Positions 1 through 8,098 of a stretch of DNA of 37,355 bases are shown here, piece after piece. This stretch comes from a virus (lineage: Duplodnaviria > Caudoviricetes). Within the stretch, counting starts at the first letter, position 1. Each line of letters begins with the position of its first letter. The position numbers were made by a program, and so were the translations under genes. Below the pieces are notes generated by a model. The model was not told the origin of the DNA. It worked only from the letters and a program-made list of their open reading frames with translations, and ran no database searches. The stretch covers positions 1-37,355 of the IMG/VR virus record IMGVR_UViG_3300037991_004413; one strand, 5' to 3'.

Positions 1-56
1 ATAATTCTGTTTGCTCTTTGTCGTGGCGTTGGGTTTTCTGACAATAACCATTTCAT
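1..56 (-). CDS. Hypothetical protein, truncated by window edge (MKWLLSENPTPRQRANRI...)
   Basis: ATG (cat 54-56) lies directly after the stop of the 57..260 ORF, with a GGAGAG RBS at 65-70 on the minus strand; the frame stays open to position 1. Confidence 0.5.
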   Translation of the reverse strand, partial: MKWLLSENPTPRQRANRI

Positions 57-260
57 CTAAACACCTCTCCAAATTCTAGATAGTTGAGCAATCATCATTG
101 AAATTGTGAGGATCAATAACTCAAAATTATAATTGGTAAAAGAAAAATAAATTATTAAAATATTTCCCACCATAACTAGAGCCATTGATACATCTTTAGA
201 CAATGGATAAATTGCTTGAAGTCCTAAGAAAACAATTCCGAAATATAAATATAATTCCAT
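57..260 (-). CDS. Small hydrophobic membrane protein (2-3 TM)
   Basis: 67 aa, almost entirely hydrophobic; its start overlaps the stop of 260..475; GAGGAG RBS. Confidence 0.65.
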   Translation of the reverse strand: MELYLYFGIVFLGLQAIYPLSKDVSMALVMVGNILIIYFSFTNYNFELLILTISMMIAQLSRIWRGV

Positions 261-475
261 TAGTTATTCTCCTCAAATTCAATTCTTATTCTATGTCCTT
301 GCTCTTGAAGTCGTCTATATTTATCAAGAACATTAACAGCATTAGTCGATTGAAATGCCATAAACCAATCAATGACATCTAACTCAATCAATGTATAAAG
401 TCGATATATCCAACGAGGATTTTCGTTGGTGTCGTTGGTTATATCGTTTTCTAAATAAGCAAAATGTTTTAACAT
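260..475 (-). CDS. Hypothetical protein
   Basis: 71 aa ORF with GAGGAG RBS (ctcctc at 483-488); part of a coupled minus-strand run. Confidence 0.65.
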   Translation of the reverse strand: MLKHFAYLENDITNDTNENPRWIYRLYTLIELDVIDWFMAFQSTNAVNVLDKYRRLQEQGHRIRIEFEENN

Positions 476-487
476 CTTTTTTCTCCT

Positions 488-739
488 CTAAATTAAGATA
501 ATTAAAGTAAATAAAGGAATTACAATCCAAATAATAATATCTGTAATCAGCGAATATCTAAAATAGATTTTCTTTCCCAATTCAGTAGCGACAATTTCAC
601 TCCCTTTCTTAAAATCAATCCCTTGTTCTTCGAGGATTTTACACGCCTTTTCAAAGGCAATAACATCATCTTCAATCTTAGGATTGTATTTAGTCTTGAT
701 TGTTAAATGTCGTTTAAATAAATTATTAAATAGTTTCAT
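488..739 (-). CDS. Hypothetical protein with C-terminal TM helix
   Basis: 83 aa; AAGGAGA RBS at 748-754; C-terminal IIIWIVIPLFTLIILI. Confidence 0.7.
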   Translation of the reverse strand: MKLFNNLFKRHLTIKTKYNPKIEDDVIAFEKACKILEEQGIDFKKGSEIVATELGKKIYFRYSLITDIIIWIVIPLFTLIILI

Positions 740-760
740 AATTTCTTTCTCCTTGTATTT

Positions 761-789
761 ATTATAATTCTTTTACCCTAACATTACAA
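761..789 (-). promoter_or_regulatory. Sigma70-type promoter for the leftward small-gene operon
   Basis: Minus strand TTGTAA (784-789), 17 bp, TATAAT (761-766), upstream of the RBS and the ATG at 739. Confidence 0.6.
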
Positions 790-984
790 AATTAAATTTT
801 GAATTAGGTCTTGACAAACCAACAACCCCTATGAATGAGAATTGAAAAATAGTTGTTTACTTTTTCTGTGAGTTATGGTAATCGATAGGGTAGCAGTTAG
901 CAGACGACACATACTGACGCAGCCGCCGCACCTCTTCACGTACAACTTTGGGAAATTTTCAAAAAGGATAAAAACGCCCAGCAG

Positions 985-999
985 GTATCATAATGATAC
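985..999. promoter_or_regulatory. Perfect palindrome, possible operator
   Basis: GTATCAT-A-ATGATAC, 16 bp upstream of the -35 at 1016. Confidence 0.35.
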
Positions 1000-1003
1000 T
1001 TCT

Positions 1004-1050
1004 TAAAAATATTTCTTGACATTTGCCCTCGACTTTGGTATAATTACATT
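1004..1050 (+). promoter_or_regulatory. Consensus sigma70 (T5-type strong) promoter P1
   Basis: AAAAATATTTC-TTGACA(1016-1021), 17 bp, TATAAT(1039-1044); ATG at 1051. Confidence 0.9.
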
Positions 1051-2097
1051 ATGAGTAAATGGATAGACGAAAATAATATTTGGTGGCACACCAACAATGC
1101 TGGAGAAAGTAAAAAACTTTTACTAAACCCAGAAACTAAACAACCTTATAAAAATGGTGAGATTATACACTTAAATGGCAGAAAATTTAAAGAGTATAGA
1201 TATGATAGAATCTGGGCATCAAATATTGACTATTGGCCTATAAAGTATATGCCAGAAGCAAAAAGTTTAGATACTTACGACAAATCATACAAACTTCCAA
1301 CTCCTAGCCTAATATCTTTTTCTGGTGGCCGTACTTCGGCATACATGCTAAAAAAGATTATAGACGCATACAATGGTAAACTTCCAAAAGATGTAGTAGT
1401 CTGTTTTGCCAATACAGGAAAAGAAATGGAAGAAACTCTAGAATTTGTACATGAGTGTGAAAAAAGATGGAATGTAAAAATACACTGGTTAGAACTTGAC
1501 ATTGCCACTACCTCGCCAATCTGGAGAAGTAAAGAAGTCACATATGAAACCGCTTCTAGAAACGGCGAACCATTTGAAAAACTCATCACAAAGAAGGGCA
1601 GATTGCCTTCTCTTTACCAAAGAACTTGTACTATAGAACTTAAGATTAATACTATTAATAGGTTTATGAGAAACCTAGGATATAAAGAATGGTACTCAGC
1701 CTTAGGTTTGAGGTACGATGAACCCCGCCGAGTCTCTGATTCAAAAAAGAGCTCACAAAAGCATGTAAACATTGCTCCACTATACGAAGCAAAAGTAACC
1801 AATGAAGATGTACTAGAATATTGGAAGAATAGTCCTTTTGATTTGAAACTTCCTAGTATAAATGGGAAGACAGTTGCAGGTAACTGTGATTTGTGTTTTT
1901 TGAAAGGTACACAAACTATTTTAAATTTATTGAAAGAAAGACCTCAGTTAGCAGACTGGTGGTCAGATATAGAAACTAAACATGATTCTAAGTTTCGAAC
2001 AAATAGACCAGATTATATAAAATTAGTAGATTTATCACAGAAAGACTTTGAGACAGATTTAGATGATACACACTTTAGTTGCTTTTGTCATGACTAA
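1051..2097 (+). CDS. PAPS/APS reductase-family (CysH-like, PP-loop) protein with N-terminal extension
   Basis: ISFSGGRTS PP-loop, FANTGKE, CT.ELK, GLRYDEPRR, GNCDLCFLK and terminal SCFCHD. Confidence 0.85.
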   Translation: MSKWIDENNIWWHTNNAGESKKLLLNPETKQPYKNGEIIHLNGRKFKEYRYDRIWASNIDYWPIKYMPEAKSLDTYDKSYKLPTPSLISFSGGRTSAYMLKKIIDAYNGKLPKDVVVCFANTGKEMEETLEFVHECEKRWNVKIHWLELDIATTSPIWRSKEVTYETASRNGEPFEKLITKKGRLPSLYQRTCTIELKINTINRFMRNLGYKEWYSALGLRYDEPRRVSDSKKSSQKHVNIAPLYEAKVTNEDVLEYWKNSPFDLKLPSINGKTVAGNCDLCFLKGTQTILNLLKERPQLADWWSDIETKHDSKFRTNRPDYIKLVDLSQKDFETDLDDTHFSCFCHD

Positions 2098-2102
2098 GAT
2101 AT

Positions 2103-2149
2103 CAAAAATATTTCTTGACATTTGGTGTCAATTTTGATATAATTCAAAT
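2103..2149 (+). promoter_or_regulatory. Consensus sigma70 promoter P2
   Basis: CAAAAATATTTC-TTGACA(2115-2120), 17 bp, TATAAT(2138-2143); ATG at 2150. Confidence 0.9.
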
Positions 2150-2620
2150 ATGAGTAAAGAAATATCAACACGAATAAGTCCAGAGGGACTCGAGGTAGCT
2201 AATGCTTATCTAGAACTGGGTAATATTCCCGCTGTTTGTGCTCGTCTAAAGATTGATGAAGGAGAGTGTTCTGAAATCCTAGCTAAAAGAGAGATTAAAC
2301 AGTATGTAGACCAAGTCTATCTAGATACAGGCTATAGAAACAGATTCAAACTAGCAGAAGCACTTGACGACATCATTGACCAAAAGATGGAAGAGGCAGC
2401 TGAATCAGAAATCTATACAAATAAAGATTTGGCAGATTTAATTCAACTCGCACACAAAATGAGAATGGACGAAATGAAAGCTCAAGCAGAAATGGAAAAA
2501 GCAAAAGCAGCAAACATAAAGAATCAAACCAATGTTCAGATAAATGGTGAAGTGCCTTTTGGACAAGGCAACTATGGTCAGCTAATGAAGAAGTTACTAA
2601 AAGATGATAGAAATAACTAA
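2150..2620 (+). CDS. terS: Terminase small subunit, T5-like
   Basis: SPEGLEVANAYL...YLDTGYRNR...KMEE...AHKMRMDEMK...NVQIN matches the pattern of T5-family TerS; size ~156 aa. Confidence 0.8.
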   Translation: MSKEISTRISPEGLEVANAYLELGNIPAVCARLKIDEGECSEILAKREIKQYVDQVYLDTGYRNRFKLAEALDDIIDQKMEEAAESEIYTNKDLADLIQLAHKMRMDEMKAQAEMEKAKAANIKNQTNVQINGEVPFGQGNYGQLMKKLLKDDRNN

Positions 2621-2969
2621 TGAGGCCATCGCCAAGATTTTGGAGAAACAAGGAAAAGAAGCCTTCGACGCTATACGCCTTGGTATCACTGGTGGCGGTT
2701 GCGCTGGTTTTGAGTATATATTCGATAGCTGTAACGATAGCACTAGTACTGAAGATGTTAGATTAGACTACGGAAAGTTTGCAGTTATCATTGATAAACT
2801 TTCAGTTCCATACTTAGTAGGTATGACACTAGACTATCAAAAAGAAGGATTAAATGAAGTATTTAAATTTATAAATCCAAAAGAGACAGCTAGTTGTGGT
2901 TGTGGTGTTTCGATAAATTTTGACTTAAATAAAGTAAACCAAGACCAAATATTTGCAGTAGAACTATGA
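2604..2969 (+). CDS. iscA: A-type Fe-S cluster carrier (IscA/HesB family)
   Basis: IEITNEA, RLGITGGGCAGFEY, LDYQKEGL..FKFINP, SCGCGVS. Confidence 0.93.
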   Translation: MIEITNEAIAKILEKQGKEAFDAIRLGITGGGCAGFEYIFDSCNDSTSTEDVRLDYGKFAVIIDKLSVPYLVGMTLDYQKEGLNEVFKFINPKETASCGCGVSINFDLNKVNQDQIFAVEL

Positions 2970-3271
2970 TAGAAGAATATACCATATTTAATTTTATTAG
3001 TGATGTGGGAGCACCCATTGCAGCTGCAGTATTTATGGGTGGTTTTATATTTATTATCATACGAAAGATTATGGAAGATGTAGTAGGAAATACTGAAGAA
3101 TTAAAAGGTATTTGCAAAATGTTAGTTACTCGTATAAAAACAATGAACAACGATATGATTAGAATAGATGTAAGCGTTAGTTCTGCACTTGAACTTACAC
3201 CTGATTTAGATAGAATAGCAAGAGCAGAAAACTTTGTAGAAGATGGCACAATAGACGCACGGAGGGACTAG
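2966..3271 (+). CDS. Single-TM coiled-coil membrane protein (paralog A)
   Basis: FISDVGAPIAAAVFMGGFIFIII TM segment followed by heptad region ..MNNDMIRID; ATGA overlap with iscA. Confidence 0.75.
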   Translation: MIEEYTIFNFISDVGAPIAAAVFMGGFIFIIIRKIMEDVVGNTEELKGICKMLVTRIKTMNNDMIRIDVSVSSALELTPDLDRIARAENFVEDGTIDARRD

Positions 3272-3396
3272 TGGATTTTGCAGGTATTTGGAATGACTTA
3301 AGTTATTATGATGGTTTAATCTTTACCGTTTATCTAGGAATTGTCTACTGGTGTAAAAGCTGGATAGATGACTACTGGTGGAGGAAAAAGGATTGA
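3271..3396 (+). CDS. 41-aa Trp/Tyr-rich membrane peptide (not in ORF track)
   Basis: GTG start overlaps the upstream TAG, GGAGGG RBS at 3261; MDFAGIWNDLSYYDGLIFTVYLGIVYWCKSWIDDYWWRKKD; its TGA overlaps the next ATG (TGATG). Confidence 0.65.
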   Translation: MDFAGIWNDLSYYDGLIFTVYLGIVYWCKSWIDDYWWRKKD

Positions 3397-3692
3397 TGGA
3401 AGATATTGCTGAAATAATCCAACAGTTTGGATTTCCTATACTTGCGATGTTAGGGCTAGGATATTTTGTTTATTTTGTGTGGACTACTATAACAGAAAAG
3501 ATTGACCCTGCAACCGAAGACATGAAGATGACAGTCTTGAAGTTAATTGACCAGATAAGACTTATGGATAATGACATGATTCGCTTGCAAAAGAAACTGG
3601 ACACAGTTTTACAAATGAAAGAAAATGAACGTAAAAATAATAATAGGACTTCTATTCGCAGGGAGTCTGACAGCAGACGAGATAACTCATAA
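3396..3692 (+). CDS. Single-TM coiled-coil membrane protein (paralog B)
   Basis: Start moved to ATG 3396 (GGAGG at 3380, TGATG coupling); IIQQFGFPILAMLGLGYFVYFVW...MDNDMIRLQ parallels 2966..3271. Confidence 0.75.
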   Translation: MEDIAEIIQQFGFPILAMLGLGYFVYFVWTTITEKIDPATEDMKMTVLKLIDQIRLMDNDMIRLQKKLDTVLQMKENERKNNNRTSIRRESDSRRDNS

Positions 3693-4089
3693 GTTTAAAA
3701 ATCCTTCTTTTAGTGGGATAGGTACTGGTGCACACTATTTAACTATTGAGAATCAAGAACATGCAAGAAAGAAAGCAATCGAAGATGCACTAGAAGCTGC
3801 GCGCAAAGCTGCAGAAAGAGAAGCAGATAACTCAACACTAGCTAAGTTCATTCGTAACTTAGAATCAAGAATATATGCCCAAATGGCAAAACAATTAGTA
3901 GAAAATATGTTTTCAAACGACAACCCTGTCAGGTTTGGAAGCTTTACACTCGAAGGTAATGTAGTTACTTACGAAGTTATAACAAATGAAGACGGGAGCG
4001 AGTTTATAAGAATGACTATAGTATCATCTGATGGTACTGAAACAGTTATTGAGATTCCAATTGGAACAGGTTCGTTCGGCGGAGGATAA
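3625..4089 (+). CDS. csgF: Curli assembly protein CsgF-like
   Basis: Signal peptide, then EITHKFKNPSFSG (compare CsgF TMTFQFRNPNFGG), FIRNLESRIYAQ, terminal TVIEIP; directly upstream of csgG. Confidence 0.88.
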   Translation: MNVKIIIGLLFAGSLTADEITHKFKNPSFSGIGTGAHYLTIENQEHARKKAIEDALEAARKAAEREADNSTLAKFIRNLESRIYAQMAKQLVENMFSNDNPVRFGSFTLEGNVVTYEVITNEDGSEFIRMTIVSSDGTETVIEIPIGTGSFGGG

Positions 4090-5007
4090 ATGATTAGAGG
4101 GTTGTTAGCACTCACAATTTTATTGAGTGGTTGTGCAGCTGTTCCTAGATACAGCGAAAACCCTCAAGATTGTAACCCTGAAACATGGGAAGAAGGAGTA
4201 GACTATCCAAAAGATGTTTGGAATATAGTGAAAGCTGGAGGAAGAACATTTGAAAGAGCTATGCCCTTCATATGTGTGGAAGAGCCAGAAGTTGTAAAAC
4301 TACCGTCTTACATTGAACTACTTAACTTACCACCAGCAGAAAAGATGCCTATTGTGGCTGTATACAGTTTTGGAGACTTAACAGGTCAAAGAAAAAGTGT
4401 ACAAAACATTGCGAGTTTTAGTACTGCAGTAACACAAGGCGGAACAGAGATGTTGATTGATGCACTCAAATCTGCTGGAAACCAAACATGGTTCCGTGTA
4501 GTTGAAAGAAAAGGAATAGATCATCTTGTTCGTGAAAGACAAATCATTCGTTCAGGTAGAGAAGAAGCAGCAAAAGTGTTGGGAGAAGAAGCTCCAACAT
4601 TAGGGCCTATGCTTTTTGCAGGAATGATTATTGAAGGTGGCATTATAGGATATGATACAAATCTACTTACAGGTGGTAGAGGAGCAAGATACCTAGGAAT
4701 AGGTATGTCAAGACAATACAGACAAGACCAAGTTACTGTTAGTCTCCGAGCAGTAAGTGTACTTACAGGAGAAGTTCTTCTGAATGTACAAACTAAAAAG
4801 ACCATACTTTCGTATGGAGCTTCAGGAGACATTTTCAGGTTTATTGAAGAGGGCACCGAACTTGTAGAATACGAAGATGGTGAAGGAAATAATGAATCTG
4901 TTACTTATGCAGTACGCACAGCTATTGAAGCTGCCGTACTAGAGTTAGTCGAACAAGGACACGAAAGAGGTCTTTGGAAGATAACTGGGAGAGAGAATAA
5001 TGATTAG
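4090..5007 (+). CDS. csgG: Curli secretion outer-membrane lipoprotein CsgG
   Basis: Lipobox LSGC; VAVYSFGDLTGQRK, FSTAVTQG, WFRVVERKG.DHL.RERQII, EGGIIGYD, GGRGARYLGIG, QDQVTVSLRAVSVLTGEVL, AIEAAV. Confidence 0.95.
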   Translation: MIRGLLALTILLSGCAAVPRYSENPQDCNPETWEEGVDYPKDVWNIVKAGGRTFERAMPFICVEEPEVVKLPSYIELLNLPPAEKMPIVAVYSFGDLTGQRKSVQNIASFSTAVTQGGTEMLIDALKSAGNQTWFRVVERKGIDHLVRERQIIRSGREEAAKVLGEEAPTLGPMLFAGMIIEGGIIGYDTNLLTGGRGARYLGIGMSRQYRQDQVTVSLRAVSVLTGEVLLNVQTKKTILSYGASGDIFRFIEEGTELVEYEDGEGNNESVTYAVRTAIEAAVLELVEQGHERGLWKITGRENND

Positions 5008-5731
5008 AATATTATTAGGCCTAATTCTGATTCCATCATTTCTTTTCGCACAAGCAACTGACGACAATGAAGTTTGGATTGATCAAACAGGGGACACTCT
5101 TACATTGTATATAGACCAAATTGGATTTGGTAACAAAATTGGATTAGATGATTTTTCTGGTTCAGCAGACTATATGACAATTACTGGTGACACTCTTACA
5201 TTTGATTTAGACTTCACAGGTAATCAAAACTTACTATTTGGAACACTAGTAGCAGATACTTCTACTTTTAATTTGGATTTCACAGGAGACTCAAATGAAT
5301 TAGATTGGAATATTGGCTATATTGGTTCCTCAGATGACTCAACTTGGGATATTACTGTAACAGGTGATTCTAATACTTGGGACATCGACCAAGGGTATGT
5401 AGCAAGTGCTGAGAGATTGGATTTAGATCTTACCTTAATTGGAAGTAGCAATATTTTTGATTTGGATTTTGAAAGTGACGATAACACATGGAACTGGGAT
5501 ATTACTGGAGATTCCAATAATATTAATGTTCTTATGAACGACGGTTCAAATGAGCAGACAGTTACTTTTGTCGGAGATAGCGCAGATATCGATATTAATC
5601 AAATATCAGGTACTTGTGCAACAGGAGCAAGCAATAGCTGTTCCTCTCCAAACGGAAATATCCAATTGGATATAACATCTGACGATGCAACAATTCAGAT
5701 TAATCAAAAAGATTCAGCTAACGACAGCTAG
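5000..5731 (+). CDS. Secreted, very acidic curlin-like beta-solenoid repeat protein
   Basis: Signal peptide; DNEVWIDQTGD..LYIDQIGFGN curlin-type start; repeated (D/T)xTGDSN.(W/F)DI units; C-terminal Cys pair. Confidence 0.7.
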   Translation: MIRILLGLILIPSFLFAQATDDNEVWIDQTGDTLTLYIDQIGFGNKIGLDDFSGSADYMTITGDTLTFDLDFTGNQNLLFGTLVADTSTFNLDFTGDSNELDWNIGYIGSSDDSTWDITVTGDSNTWDIDQGYVASAERLDLDLTLIGSSNIFDLDFESDDNTWNWDITGDSNNINVLMNDGSNEQTVTFVGDSADIDINQISGTCATGASNSCSSPNGNIQLDITSDDATIQINQKDSANDS

Positions 5732-6815
5732 TCTAATGTGCGCAATAGGGTTGGCATCAGCTGACCCTATAGGCGACATAATAGAGAGCACAGGTTCAGG
5801 CTTTCTCTCAAGAAATAATGATACTATTTTATCAGCAGTAAATGTAGGAGTACAACTATATGATACTGCAGAAACTACAAATGGTAGAATGTTGATTGAG
5901 TTTTTAGATAAAGCAGAATTAGCACTAACAGAACATACTAGGGTTATAATTGATGAAATAATATATGACCCAAATCCTAATAAGTCAAAGATGGTAATGA
6001 AAATGACTTTTGGAACAGCACGATTTGCAAGTGGAATTACAGGTCAAATAAATAAAAATAACATTGACATATCCACACCAACAGCACAGATTGCAGTTCG
6101 TGGAACTAACTTCACTACTACAATAGATGAACTAGGAAGAAGTTTAGTAATACTACTACCTGATGAATTTGGCGACCCATCAGGAATAATTATAGTTAGT
6201 AATGACGCAGGAGAAGTTACACTAGATCAAGCATACGCAGCAACTATGGTATCTTCAGCAGATTCAATGCCTACTAAATCAGTAGTCATAAATGGGATAA
6301 CACCTGCTATAATTGATAATATGTTTATTGTCAATCCGCCACAAGAAATAAGACAAGAAATTGAAGAAAGTGTGCAAGTAGACCAAGATTCAGGACTATT
6401 AGATGTAGACTTTTTAGAATTTAATGAACTAGAACAAGACGCACTTAGTGATACTGAAGTAAACCTTGAATTTAGTGAACTAGATATCGATTTCTTAGAA
6501 GCAGACTTTTTAAGAGACTTGCTCGATGTCATAGAAGAATTAGAAAAGACTACAGTCAAACTAGCAGATGCACAAGCAACAAGCGGCGGAGACTTTTCAC
6601 TAAAGGGAGCAACTCTAGGTAAGAATACAGACAGCCAGTATAACATATTTGTAGAAGACGGTGGCGTCGTATTTTATAGAGATGTACAAGGAGTAATCAG
6701 AATCAGAGTACCAATCGGCAGCAGTACAAAACTTATGACTAATGTCGAAGGCTACGAAGGAATAATTGATTTAGATGGAGGAGACGATTCATTAATCGTA
6801 ATAACACAAGAATGA
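5685..6815 (+). CDS. Secreted FecR-domain protein with acidic C-terminal region
   Basis: ETTNGRMLIEFLDKAEL.L.EHTRV, GTARFASG, ISTPTAQIAVRGTNF (FecR-type motif); cleavable-looking ..LASA|DPIG. Confidence 0.85.
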   Translation: MQQFRLIKKIQLTTASLMCAIGLASADPIGDIIESTGSGFLSRNNDTILSAVNVGVQLYDTAETTNGRMLIEFLDKAELALTEHTRVIIDEIIYDPNPNKSKMVMKMTFGTARFASGITGQINKNNIDISTPTAQIAVRGTNFTTTIDELGRSLVILLPDEFGDPSGIIIVSNDAGEVTLDQAYAATMVSSADSMPTKSVVINGITPAIIDNMFIVNPPQEIRQEIEESVQVDQDSGLLDVDFLEFNELEQDALSDTEVNLEFSELDIDFLEADFLRDLLDVIEELEKTTVKLADAQATSGGDFSLKGATLGKNTDSQYNIFVEDGGVVFYRDVQGVIRIRVPIGSSTKLMTNVEGYEGIIDLDGGDDSLIVITQE

Positions 6816-7639
6816 GTAAAGGTAGTAATAGAAGACCAAGAAATATCACAGAGAAACAGTTTGAAGAAAACTGGGAAAAGATATTTGCTCGTAAAAAGAC
6901 TCCAAAACATGGAAGAACAAAAGTGCATAAAGATAAGACTAAGTATACAAGAAAGATGAAACATGATGCAGAATTAGTTGCCTTAGTTAGTATCTTTTGT
7001 ATTTCCTTACTAGGAGTTAGCCCTAATATTTCAGCAGGGCCAACAGATGATAACCATGTTCACATTGAACAAGTAAATAGTGGAGATGGTACAGACATAA
7101 TGATAAATCAAGTGGGATTTGGTAATAGTATTGAATTTTCATTTGACCATGCAAATAATATTTTTAATTTAAATCAATATGGTAACGGTAACTCAATATC
7201 TTGGGTTCCTTACTGGGGTTCTGGAAAGAGCTGGGGAGGAGATGTAGATGGTACAGGCAATAATGAAGCGGTTATCCAATATGACGGAGCAACATATGGT
7301 AGACATATTTGGGGTAACAATAATGATGTTGATATATATCAAAGTGGGTCTCACACTCACTGGTTAGATATTCATGCAGATGAAGTTGAACACGAAGTAT
7401 GGCAAGAAGGAGCAGGAAGTCATTATAGTCATGTTTACTACTATGGTAATACTGATGGCTCAATCTCTGACATAGAGCAAAAAGGTGATGCAAATCATAA
7501 TATACAACTTACTATTCAAGGTTCTTATGCAACTACATTGAATTTATCTCAGTTGGGAAATACAGCACAATCTTACAGTATAACACATAGTTGTTTCACT
7601 GTCGGAGGCTGCACAGTAAATGTGAGCCAAGGAAACTAA
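6812..7639 (+). CDS. Curlin-like (CsgA/CsgB-type) repeat protein with a basic N-terminal extension
   Basis: DNHVHIEQ..IMINQVGFGNSI, NLNQYGNGN, NNEAVIQ, NNDVDIYQSG, DIEQKGDANH, NLSQLGN; C-terminal C-x5-C; hydrophobic signal at aa ~54-75. Confidence 0.75.
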   Translation: MSKGSNRRPRNITEKQFEENWEKIFARKKTPKHGRTKVHKDKTKYTRKMKHDAELVALVSIFCISLLGVSPNISAGPTDDNHVHIEQVNSGDGTDIMINQVGFGNSIEFSFDHANNIFNLNQYGNGNSISWVPYWGSGKSWGGDVDGTGNNEAVIQYDGATYGRHIWGNNNDVDIYQSGSHTHWLDIHADEVEHEVWQEGAGSHYSHVYYYGNTDGSISDIEQKGDANHNIQLTIQGSYATTLNLSQLGNTAQSYSITHSCFTVGGCTVNVSQGN

Positions 7640-7640
7640 T

Positions 7641-7787
7641 ATGCCAGTAAGAAAAGTAAAAGGCGGATATAAATGGGGCAAGTCTGGAAAGACTTACAAG
7701 ACTAAAAAGGCAGCAGAGCGCCAAGGTAGAGCAATCTACGCGTCAGGATATAAAAATGGCAAGAGGAAGAAAAAGAAGAAGAAGTAG
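7641..7787 (+). CDS. 48-aa highly basic protein (not in ORF track)
   Basis: MPVRKVKGGYKWGKSGKTYKTKKAAERQGRAIYASGYKNGKRKKKKKK; starts 1 nt after the upstream stop. Confidence 0.75.
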   Translation: MPVRKVKGGYKWGKSGKTYKTKKAAERQGRAIYASGYKNGKRKKKKKK

Positions 7788-7944
7788 AGCTAAAACCAAA
7801 AGGAATATACCTACTAATTCAAAACTATATGCAAGAGTGAAAGCAGCAACTAAAAGAAAATTTGCTGTTTATCCAAGTGCATATGCGAACGCTTGGTTAG
7901 TACGAGAGTACAAGAAGCGAGGAGGGAAGTATCGTCGTGGCTAA
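7756..7944 (+). CDS. Highly basic protein (possibly DUF5872-like N-terminal half)
   Basis: PTNSKLYARVK...YPSAYA...LVREYKKRGGKY. Confidence 0.75.
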   Translation: MARGRKRRRSRAKTKRNIPTNSKLYARVKAATKRKFAVYPSAYANAWLVREYKKRGGKYRRG

Positions 7945-8098
7945 GAGAAAGAAACTTACAAAGAGACAAACAAAAGCTTTAGCTAGACATCGTCGTCATC
8001 ACACGAAAAAGCACATGGCATTTATGAGAGCTCAAATGAGAAAAGGTAAAACTTTTACTCAAGCTCATAGAGCTGCCATGAAAAAGGTAGGAAGATAA
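7937..8098 (+). CDS. 53-aa basic His-rich protein (not in ORF track)
   Basis: GTG start with GGAGGG at 7921; MAKRKKLTKRQTKALARHRRHHTKKHMAFMRAQMRKGKTFTQAHRAAMKKVGR; TAATG overlap with the next gene. Confidence 0.75.
   Translation: MAKRKKLTKRQTKALARHRRHHTKKHMAFMRAQMRKGKTFTQAHRAAMKKVGR

Noticed and set aside
811-840. TTGACA at 811-816
   Set aside because: No -10 hexamer at 16-18 bp spacing.
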